Below the pieces are notes generated by a model that made no database searches, was not told the origin of the DNA, and saw only the letters and a program-made list of their open reading frames with translations. Source: a bacterium (GTDB lineage Bacteria; UBA8248). From it: a stretch of DNA of 64,000 nt. Location: contig CBDBZU010000004.1 in the NCBI GenBank assembly GCA_965213625.1, positions 864,001 through 928,000 on the forward strand, read 5' to 3'. The position numbers and the translations under genes were made by a program. Positions 50,190 to 58,836 of the stretch are shown piece by piece (position 1 is the stretch's first letter; each line of letters opens with the position of its first letter).

Positions 50190-50371
50190 TGAATGTCGCA
50201 GGAGCCCATGGGCGCGTGGATCTCCCGGAGGATATCGGTCACCCTCCTGCTGAGCGGTATGAGTCTCGCGCCGCGCGTCCGGCAAAGCGCCCCGGCTCGT
50301 TTCAGGGCGTTCTCGATAAATGCCCCGTGGTCGTGGTCCTTGCCTTGAAAAAGATTGCTGTGCAATTTCAC
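50190..50371 (-). pseudogene. Zur/Fur regulator N-terminal remnant
   Basis: HDH..FIENALKRA..LC..RGARL....RRV..IL...H.PMG..DI resembles the proteobacterial Zur N-terminus. Confidence 0.65.
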
Positions 50372-50450
50372 CCGGTGCTTCCCGACCTGATTCTTGAATT
50401 CCAATACGGATCGCTCATCATTGCTCCGTTTCACTGCTGGTTCATGCCCC

Positions 50451-51404
50451 TCAAACGCCGCTCTTCGCTTTTTCAAGGGATACGACGTTCACCGGGTGCG
50501 TGTTGCGGCGACGCTTGTCGAAGCGGATATGCAGGCGCGAGGCATCGGCAAGGCTCAGGCCCGCTTCGCGCAATTCGCTCGGGCTGAATCCCTTGCCGGT
50601 CCGCCAGTCGCCGCGAGCGTCTCGCACGAGGGGGAAAATACCGTTTTCCGCGAGAGTGGGCTCCAAGTATTCTTCCGGCGATTCTTGCATCACCATAGCC
50701 GCGAGGGGCTCACCAACCTCCTCCGCGATATCTTCCGCTGGCCCACTCTCTTTAGCGATTTCCGGTTCAGGTGCAGCAACTTCTGCGGCGCTTTCCGCCA
50801 TCACCAGGGCAAAAACTTCGTCCTCAAGCGGTGTTTCTTCCTCATCCGGCGAATCTGGCATAACCGACGCCGTTCGTATTTCCTCATCCTCGGCAAAGGC
50901 ATCATCGACAGCTTCCGGTTCGTTCTCCTGAATAACCTCCGGCTCAGGCGCGGACGCCTCAGCTAGTTTGCCGGCTGCTTCCGAGGCTGCGACTTCATCG
51001 TCGTGAGACGACACCGTTTCTTCTTGCAACGCTTTTGATTCCGTCTTGCTCAGCAACTCCAGGTCGAGGCCATATTCCTCATATGGCGCTGCTTCACGAG
51101 GAGACCCTGGCGTATCCGGTGATTCATCCGTGACAGGCTCGGCCAATGCCTCAAGGGCGGGAGCATCGCCGCCATCAACCGCGTCCACGCCGTTCACTGA
51201 ACCGGTTGACGCAGGCTCTCCGGAAACGATCAGTTCCAGTTCCTGATGTGAACCAAGACCTTTGTCCTCCGAATTTCCCGTCGCAGACGGAATGCCCGGT
51301 CCGATGGACGCCGGAGGCGGGATCTCATACCCCTCTTCCGATTCAACCCCACCGGCACCCTTGCGACGCGCGATACGGCTTAAAAAATTCTTTTTGATAT
51401 TCAT
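50451..51404 (-). CDS. Acidic low-complexity protein with a C-terminal ribosomal protein eL13 (L13e)-like domain
   Basis: PLVR....R.GKGFS.SEL.EAGLS..DA.RL.I.FD.RRR..H..NV..LEK; GAGGGGG RBS. Confidence 0.82.
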   Translation of the reverse strand: MNIKKNFLSRIARRKGAGGVESEEGYEIPPPASIGPGIPSATGNSEDKGLGSHQELELIVSGEPASTGSVNGVDAVDGGDAPALEALAEPVTDESPDTPGSPREAAPYEEYGLDLELLSKTESKALQEETVSSHDDEVAASEAAGKLAEASAPEPEVIQENEPEAVDDAFAEDEEIRTASVMPDSPDEEETPLEDEVFALVMAESAAEVAAPEPEIAKESGPAEDIAEEVGEPLAAMVMQESPEEYLEPTLAENGIFPLVRDARGDWRTGKGFSPSELREAGLSLADASRLHIRFDKRRRNTHPVNVVSLEKAKSGV

Positions 51405-51488
51405 GCCACCCCCTCGAGATCGGAACCTCGTTGCGTGGAGAACAAAATTCCGGGGGCGGTAGAAACAGGTGAGACAGGCTACGGATTC

Positions 51489-51518
51489 AAGCTAGCGATT
51501 CCGAAGGCCCGGTGTCAA
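51489..51518 (-). promoter_or_regulatory. Putative sigma70 promoter of the eL13-domain gene
   Basis: TTGACA-N18-TAGCTT on the minus strand, about 85 nt before ATG 51404. Confidence 0.5.
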
Positions 51519-51964
51519 GCGGCGTATCGCCGGGCGCGCGGGTTTCAAAGGCGAATATCGACAGCGGGAAACCCGTGCAGATAGCGTGGAGAACAGACTC
51601 TCCTAAGTGAATATTAACGACGCGGGCCAATGTCCCCCGCGGTCGGTAATAATGCTGCTGGTTCACCGGGGCCTCCGAGTCTCCTGCCGCTGCCGAAGCG
51701 GTGAGGTCGTTGCTCTGACTCCTTTCGGGAAATACTTCTGCAGGCACCGGCTTCAGTACGGCCGTAAATATGCCGCCGAATCGTTACATTTCATCCAAAC
51801 CTGAAAATGGAAAATCTCGTATGTGATGATCATCCAACTCTCCGGGACGTCGGTCGTCGGCTAGTTCGTTTCGTGGCAGGGCGCGATTCACGAGTTCAAA
51901 ATACGCTGTTTCCGACTTGTCCGCAGAAGAACATCGCGCCGGAAGAGTAACAAAACCATCGCAC

Positions 51965-52120
51965 TCACGCCAATTGACGCGGGTGGATAGCTCGCAAGGC
52001 GTCTTCATTCTCCCGCTCCGCAAGTTCGAGCTCGTAACGATCCTGAAGATTCATCCAACTCCTTGCGTCCGTGTTGAAATAACGCGCCAGCCGAAGCGCA
52101 ATCTCGGCAGTGATACCCCG
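51965..52120 (-). pseudogene. HigA-family antitoxin C-terminal remnant
   Basis: RGITAEIALRLARYFNTDA..WMNLQ.RYEL. Confidence 0.85.
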
Positions 52121-52208
52121 CACCAAGAGGTCGGACATACGACTGCACCTGACCACAGACCCTGAATCGTTCAAACAACATGTTTGCATTTACGGGGCCG
52201 TCCACATA
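52121..52208 (+). mobile_element. Orphan IS110/IS1111-type right end
   Basis: gaggtcggacatacgactgcacc...ttgc...ggggccgtccacata resembles IS1111-group right ends and shares the cgtccac core with the left-end motif. Confidence 0.6.
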
Positions 52209-52548
52209 CGTTCGGTCGTGGATGGAGGGCATCGAGGATGCCGTGTCCGGCGGTATCGCGATGGCTACGAGGATCGCCTCGGCGGGCTTGCGACCGGACG
52301 CGCAACAACTGGGTACGGGCATGTAGTGCGGGCCGGTGACGGCGCTGTCGCGCGGGAACGCATGCATGGGGCCGAACGGCAGGCCAATGCAGGATTTCCC
52401 CTGACCGTCGGTTTTGAAAGCCCGAGCGGCTCCGTCTCCGTTCGCTTGGCCCTCCCGCGTACGCCTCCCGGCATGGTCTCGCGTCGGCGGGACCGTGCCG
52501 GCGGCGCGGAAAGTCAGGCACACCCAGAAATCGAACGGGGCAAACAGC

Positions 52549-52759
52549 ATGGGCGATGACGAGAGGGGATTCTTCGACACCCGGCGGACTATCTCGGCCT
52601 CTCGCACCGCACACTGGACGGCTACCGCGTGAGGGGGGACGGACCCGCCTTTCACCGCTTCGGCAACCGGGTGCGGTATCGCAGTGGGACCTGGACGCGT
52701 GGGCGGCAAAGCGCCGGGCGACCACGACGGCGGAGGCGGACAGGCTGGGCGCGCGATAA
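52549..52759 (+). pseudogene. Excisionase/AlpA-like HTH remnant
   Basis: Across frameshifts: DYLGLSHRTLDGYRV.G.GPAFHRFGNRVRY..DLDAWA. Confidence 0.7.
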
Positions 52760-53074
52760 GGGCTGGGAGAGCGCACGCTTTCAACTGGGATTTCTCGGTC
52801 GATGGTGACGGCGCTGCGGTCGGCGGCTCTGTGGTGAGAGGGCGCGCTGACTTTCGAGCACGCGGCTGACTTGCCTTCGCTGCGTGTTCGGCATAAGGTA
52901 CGCCAAACGGGACAGGCGACGCTCGGCAGATTTGCGCGCTGTGCGCACTGCCAAGCCGGGCGACAGGTTCGGAGAGATCGCGATGACCATCTTCAACGAA
53001 GGACGATATGCGATCCGCTGGGTGCGGCGGTTGCGGCCACCGCCGGGCGCGCGAAAAATTGTTTCGCGCAGGGG

Positions 53075-53109
53075 TTGACAAGGTCTGAGGGGGCTCCCCT
53101 CACTATAAT
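53075..53109 (+). promoter_or_regulatory. Consensus TTGACA and TATAAT with a 23 nt palindromic spacer
   Basis: TTGACA 53075-53080 and TATAAT 53104-53109; spacing is too long for a normal sigma70 promoter. Confidence 0.35.
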
Positions 53110-53184
53110 CGCCGGATCGCCGGATCGCCGGATCGCCGGATCGCCGGATCGCCGGATCGCCGGATCGCCGGATCGCCGGATCGC
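53108..53184. repeat. Simple sequence repeat (ATCGCCGG)x9 plus ATCGC
   Basis: Directly visible perfect 8 nt tandem repeat. Confidence 0.98.
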
Positions 53185-53775
53185 TCGTATTCACCGCACT
53201 GCTTTTAATCTCCTCCCCCGTTTATGCGGAGACCGTGACGCTCGAATGCCCGTCGAGTGTTGTTGAAGGTGGGTTGGTGGCGCAGGCGACCAACTGCTCG
53301 GACCCGAACCTGCCTATCGGGCATCCCTACTGTGAGTATCGGAACTTCCCCGGTATTGCGATAAACGCACATTCAACTGATCCAACTTCGGCGGGGGTTG
53401 GTCCGAACGGTCGTGATGAGTTCAAGTTTGAAATTCTCGATGCTGATGGTGGGGTGTACGGCGTTTGAGGGGCATGAACCAGCACTAAAAGGGAGCAACG
53501 TTGAGCGAATCCGCATTGGAATTCTGAAATTATCACGGCTCCACCGGATGCGACGAGGAAAATGAGACCCTGCATAACAAGGTTTTCCCCACGTACGGGA
53601 TTTGATTGCATACGAAGCCGAAACCGCCAAAGAGTTGAAGAAGGCGTTTCAGGATTCGGTGAACACGTATATACGCGGCCATACACGTCTGCGGTCCGCT
53701 CTATCACCTAACTCCCGAATAGTAACAATTGTCGGACACTACAATGAGGAACAATAGATCATGAGGATAATGATC

Positions 53776-55161
53776 GAGTTACTGTCAAATGTTGTGTATG
53801 GCCGTCATGAGTTCAGCGGCCTCCCTGCCGGTTTCGTTTTCGTTCACCCCATCGATGAATCTCACGTCGGTGATCACGTCCGCCAGATGACGCAGGCCGC
53901 GTAGCGGCCCCCATCGCTTCTCGGCGCTCATGGCGAGTTGATGAACGAGGCTCAGCGCCGACTTCTCGCTCAGGCAGTTCCTCGTCTTCGCCGTTCGCAG
54001 CCGGATAGTGGCGAAGGTCGACTCGATGGGGTTCGTCGTCCGGATACTCCGCCAGTGCCCCGCCGGGAAGTCGTAGAAGGAGAACAACTCATCCTCGTCC
54101 TTCGCCAGGCACTCGACGGCTTTGGGGTACTTCGCCTCCCAGGTGGCGCAGAAGCGTTCGAACGCGCCCTGCGCATGCGCGCGGGTGTCGGCCCCCCACA
54201 TCTCATGGAGCATCGACTTCGCTTCGCCCTGAACGCTTTTGGGCATCTTGTCGAGAACGTTCGCCGTCTTGTGCACCCAGCAGCGCTGCGCACGGGTCTC
54301 GGGATAAACCTCCGCCAGGGCCAACCAGAACCCCAGACTCCCGTCGCCCACCGCCAGCTTCGCCGCCTTCACGCCCCGGTCACGCAGGCTCAACAGAACC
54401 GCCTGCCAGCTCTCCTTCGACTCCCTAAAGCCTGGTTCCAGGGCCACGAAGCGCTTGCGGCCACGCGCGTCGCAGCCCACAACCACCAATAGACACCGCC
54501 GCTCCCCGCTGCGGACGTTCAAGTAGATACCGTCCGCCCATAGATATACGAACTCCTCGCCATGCCACGCCCGCTTGCGCCACGCGGCGTACTCGCGATC
54601 CCACCCCTCCTTGAGACGTGTGATGCTCGCCGGGGACAAGCCCCCCACCGATTCGCCGAACAGCGCCCGCAGCGCCTCGCCGAAGTCGTTCGTCGAGACC
54701 CCCTTGAGGTACAGCCAAGGGATCACCGCCTCCACATGATTCGTCTTCTTCAGATACGGAGGCAACAACTCCGAGTGGAAGCACCGGCCCGAGCCCGAAC
54801 GGTCCCGCGCCCGCGGCACCTGGACCTCGACCGGGCCCACACCCGTCAATACCTCCCGCGACGGCAGATAGCCGTTGCGAACCACCGCGCGGCGGCCCTG
54901 CGCGTCTTGCTCGCCCGCATGTTCTTCCAGAAAGGCATTCAACTCCGCTTCCACCGCCTGGCGGATGATTCGTTGCGCGCCCGCGCGCACCAAGTCGCTC
55001 AACTCGTCACGGAACGCTGGACTTACAAAGGGTATCGTCTTATCTTCTCTCATGGTGGCGCATCTCCTTGTGCTGAATGACCGGGCTCTTTGACAAACCC
55101 ATTTCAGCAGGATGCGCCGCCTTTTTCAATTCAGCTCATACACAACATCTGACAGTAACTC
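53776..55161 (-). mobile_element. IS256-family element
   Basis: 25 bp terminal IRs with one mismatch (53776-53800, 55137-55161) enclosing the transposase. Confidence 0.95.
53785..55053 (-). CDS. IS256 transposase
   Basis: RNGY, VPR.R, LYLKGVST, WADG, ESKESW, GDG..G, QRCWVHK, RTTNPIES. Confidence 0.96.
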   Translation of the reverse strand: MREDKTIPFVSPAFRDELSDLVRAGAQRIIRQAVEAELNAFLEEHAGEQDAQGRRAVVRNGYLPSREVLTGVGPVEVQVPRARDRSGSGRCFHSELLPPYLKKTNHVEAVIPWLYLKGVSTNDFGEALRALFGESVGGLSPASITRLKEGWDREYAAWRKRAWHGEEFVYLWADGIYLNVRSGERRCLLVVVGCDARGRKRFVALEPGFRESKESWQAVLLSLRDRGVKAAKLAVGDGSLGFWLALAEVYPETRAQRCWVHKTANVLDKMPKSVQGEAKSMLHEMWGADTRAHAQGAFERFCATWEAKYPKAVECLAKDEDELFSFYDFPAGHWRSIRTTNPIESTFATIRLRTAKTRNCLSEKSALSLVHQLAMSAEKRWGPLRGLRHLADVITDVRFIDGVNENETGREAAELMTAIHNI

Positions 55162-57015
55162 CATTAAGATCACTGCTACGAACCACGCCATCTGGACGGC
55201 AGGCACAGAGCATCGTCCAAACCGCCCCAACACCACCGCCTACGGCATCTTCGCTTATCAGGCGAACCCCGGCAATATCGACATTGACCTGGGGCTGGGC
55301 TCCTCCGTTCTGACCGAAGGAGATAACTCTCACGGCATCGTGGCCTACAGCTTTAGCGACGCCGACGCCCGGCGTATCGATATCACGCTCGACGGCTCGG
55401 TCACTGTAAAGGGTGAGGCGCAGGGGGTCCGTGTGGGCATCGTCTGTGGCGGGGCCCCGGCCCGTATGGCGGCCATCGGCGCCGATGGTTTTCGCCAGCA
55501 GACGGTGACGGTGAACGATGCGATCACGAGTGCGGGCGAGGGTATCTTTCTTGCCAACGGCGGCAAGGTGATCATCGGATCTTCAGGCAGCATCACTTCC
55601 GGTTCCGGGATCGCGATCCTGGCCGCGGGCACTGTGCCTGCGGTAGGGGATGATCCGAACACCACGGATGACGAAGCCATGCTGGCCATTCCACCGAAGC
55701 TGCGCGTGGACCTGAACCCGGGCGGGCAACGGATGACCGGTGAAGAGGGCTGGGCGGGGGCTGGATTCTCAATGATGGCGGGGAGACTACCATCGCGGTC
55801 AACGACACGGTATTGCACGAGGGGGCGACCGGCGTGGTAGCCACTGCGGTGGCCCACAACGGGGTCTGGGATGTGACGATGAAGGACGAGGGCGTGACGG
55901 TGAATGACCGTACGAATGCGGACCCCGCGATGTGGACCATCGCCCCGCGTGCGCCAGGGGTCATTGCGGATCGGGATTTCAATGCAGACGACTTCACGGA
56001 GGTAAGAAGAGTGTGTCCGGATGGGCAGGTTGGGATGCCTCCGAACTGCACCACTCCACCCCCGCCGATGTGTCCGGATGGGCAGGTTGGGACGCCTCCG
56101 AACTGTACCACTCCACCCCCGCCTCCGGTATTCATGGAGGAATACGCCCCGAGAGCAGCGGTCTATGAAGCCTTGCCTGATTTCCTGCTGGGCCTGCATA
56201 CGGCCCCCGCCCCCCCCGACCTGCCGGTATGGATCGAGCTGTCGGACCATACCGGGAGCCAGGACTTCGAGCACTCCACGGTAGATACCCGGTACGATTC
56301 CGAGCACCTGGTAGTCAGTGCGGGCGTTACGGTCCCGGTGAGTCGCCACTGGAAGATCGATGCCTCGGCGCATCAGGTATCCGGTTCCGCAGACGTCTCT
56401 TCTCCGGTGAAGGGAGGGGAAATTCACGCCCGGGGCCAGGGTCTGTCGTTTGGTGCACACTGGCAAAGTGAGCACGGCCACTACGCAACCGGTCGTGTCT
56501 CGTGGACGGACTATGATCTGAATATTTCTTCGGACAACATAGGGTTATTGATTTCGCATGTGGAGGCGGAACGGTTAGCCCTGCTGGTGGAGGCCGGACG
56601 TCGTATGGCCTGGGGAGAGCGGGCGCACTGGACCCCGCAGGTGCGTGTCGATTACATACAGGTGCGGGTGGATGGCTTTACCGATGCAACGGGGGCGCGG
56701 GTATCGTTTCCACAGGCCGAGCGGTATCGTGCGAGCCTGGGGGTGCTGGTAGATACCAGGAAAGAAGCCTGGGGCGGTGAGTTGTCGTTGTGGGGTTCGG
56801 TGCACCTGAAGCATGCATTCGGGGATACGAGCACCACAAGCCGGGTCTCAGGTGAGCAGCTGCGGGCAAAACCGCAAGCAGACAGTGTGCAACTCGGCCT
56901 GGGCGCTACCTGGCAGCAGGGTCCGTGGGCACTGAATGTTGCGCTGTCGGCCCGGCAGGCCTCCGGCGGAAGCCATACCTACTCGGGCTTTCTAAATGTC
57001 GGAATGCAGTTCTGA
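55162..57015 (+). pseudogene. Autotransporter, 5'-truncated at IS256 and frameshifted near 55750
   Basis: Passenger repeats (TEGDNSHGIVA), KLRVDLN / WILNDGGETTIAVN split between frames, intact beta-domain (EAGRR, TPQ, DGFTD.TG, VGMQF). Confidence 0.85.
56012..56123 (+). repeat. 57 bp tandem duplication encoding CPDGQVG(M/T)PPNCTTPPPP x2
   Basis: Two near-identical units, period 57. Confidence 0.92.
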
Positions 57016-57129
57016 AAAAGATATATCCAGGACCTGGAGCGTTATCTGAATAATAATCACACACACAATTGACTGGAACAATCAGTATGCGCTGATGCCC
57101 GAACTCGCAGCTGATGCGTTCTCGGAATT

Positions 57130-57470
57130 CTACAAGAAGTACATCGACAAATTGGATTCAATTGGCGCATCGGCCTCTTCCCCATTGCCCAGCGTCGTGA
57201 AGGTGACGATGGAGAAATAAAGGGCCGGCTCCACACTTTGAAAAGCGCCGATAAACAGGAATGCCCCGCCCATGACCATGCGCTGAGGCTGAGGCCGATA
57301 ATAAACCAAAGCACGACGGCGACCAGCGCAATGGTCATCTTGAGGAGAAATGGCGCTTCACAAGCCAGCCTCCTCGCATCCTCAGCACTTCGATGGCTGC
57401 GCTGATGAACAGAACTTGCATGCCAATCGTCAGGAAGATGACGATTGCTCCCATACCGATCTGTATCGAC
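57130..57470 (-). pseudogene. Two-TM potassium channel family remnant
   Basis: QSVEPALYFSIVTFTTLGNG at 57240-57181, preceded by frameshifted TM helices. Confidence 0.7.
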
Positions 57471-57710
57471 ACGAACCGGCTCCCATACGACGCAGACGGA
57501 GCGTTGCGCCCGCTGCGGCGAAGTCGCCGATGACGAATCCGGTGAAAACTCCATGCTTCCTGAAGATTATAGGATGCTTGCAGCAGATTAGGGAATCAAA
57601 TACATTGAATCCTCGACTTTGCATGAAATCAAGGCTAGCCGATCTCGATCTTCGCGCCGGATCGACGTTCCGTCCAAGGTGTCGCTATCCACTTGGGGAG
57701 AGCCGTCCCG

Positions 57711-58784
57711 ATGTCATTCAACAGGTATTTCAGCCCGTGCGGCGCCTTGCTCCTCGCCCTCTCCCTGTCCGCCTGCGAGGACGCCCCGGAAACGAAGAGC
57801 AGAGTCCCGGCCGTGCGGCCGGTCAAGCTGAGCACGGTCAAGGCGGCCGGCGGGGCGCGGGTGAATCGCTTCCCGGCGGTGATCGGCGCAGGCCGGCTCT
57901 CGGAGTTGAGCCTCCAGGTAGGCGGCATGCTGCGCGAGTTCCCGGTAAGGGAGGCGCAGCGTCTCAAGCGCGGCGCCCTGATCGCCCGGCTGGATCAGCG
58001 GGATTTCAGGTCCGCCCTCGCCTCGGCCAGAGCGCAATACCAGAACGCGGAAAAAGAGTATCGGCGCGCGGTTCGCCTGGCGGCGCAGGACGCCATTGCG
58101 CGCACCGTGCTGGAGCAGCGCAAGACCCAGCGGGACGTGACGCGGGCGCAGTTGGAGCGCGCCGAAAAAGCGCTGGCCGACTCCGTGTTGCGCGCCCCCT
58201 TCAAAGGGATGATCGCGCAGACGATGGTGAAAAAACTCCAAAACGTGTCGCCTGGCCAGGTCGTCGTGAAACTCATGAGCGACGACGCGTTCGAAGCCAC
58301 CATCGATATGCCATCCGGCTTTCTGGCCAGGATTCCCAGAAAATCCGCTGAAAACAACCCCGATCGGCGGGCCTTCGTCATCCTGGACGCGGTCCCCGAC
58401 CAACGTATCGAAGCCGTTTTCAAGGAAGCGACGCTACTGGCGGATAAAGCGTCCCAAACCTACGCGATCACGTTTGCGTTTCGCCCTCCCGAAAATCTGC
58501 TCGTGCTGCCCGGCATGAATGCGAACGTGGAACTGCGGGTGGAAAACAAGATCCGGACGCCTCGCGTGGCTGTGCCCCTGGCCGCGGTGACCAACGACGG
58601 GAAAAACAACTACGTCTGGGTCGTCGACAAGAAAACGATGAGGGTATCGAAGCGCGTCGTCACTCTCGAAGAAGGCGTCGGCGAGACGGTCGTCGTCACC
58701 GCGGGTCTCGCGGACGAGGAAACCATCGCCGGCGCGGGCGCGGCCTATCTGTCGGAGGGCATGAAAATCAGAGAGTGGAAATGA
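57711..58784 (+). CDS. RND efflux periplasmic adaptor (lipoprotein)
   Basis: LSAC lipobox, VRPVK, V.G.L, LRAPF.G, LPGM, VP..AV. Confidence 0.94.
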   Translation: MSFNRYFSPCGALLLALSLSACEDAPETKSRVPAVRPVKLSTVKAAGGARVNRFPAVIGAGRLSELSLQVGGMLREFPVREAQRLKRGALIARLDQRDFRSALASARAQYQNAEKEYRRAVRLAAQDAIARTVLEQRKTQRDVTRAQLERAEKALADSVLRAPFKGMIAQTMVKKLQNVSPGQVVVKLMSDDAFEATIDMPSGFLARIPRKSAENNPDRRAFVILDAVPDQRIEAVFKEATLLADKASQTYAITFAFRPPENLLVLPGMNANVELRVENKIRTPRVAVPLAAVTNDGKNNYVWVVDKKTMRVSKRVVTLEEGVGETVVVTAGLADEETIAGAGAAYLSEGMKIREWK

Positions 58785-58836
58785 TGTGCGGGCATCGCCC
58801 ACCCGGTTCGGCCCGCGCAACCGGGTGCGTCGCGCC

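Noticed and set aside
51607-51960. CRSGEVVAL (integrase-like) and ELDDHHI (HNH-like) fragments
   Set aside because: Too short to support a call.
52884-53078. ORF starting FGIRYA as a small HTH-like protein
   Set aside because: Only a 6-residue resemblance, and it overlaps the minus-strand SSR leader.
53108-53184. Repeat as a CRISPR array
   Set aside because: Contiguous 8 nt units with no spacers and no cas genes.
53235-53775. Short ORFs between the SSR and IS256
   Set aside because: No recognisable motif and several stops; left unannotated.
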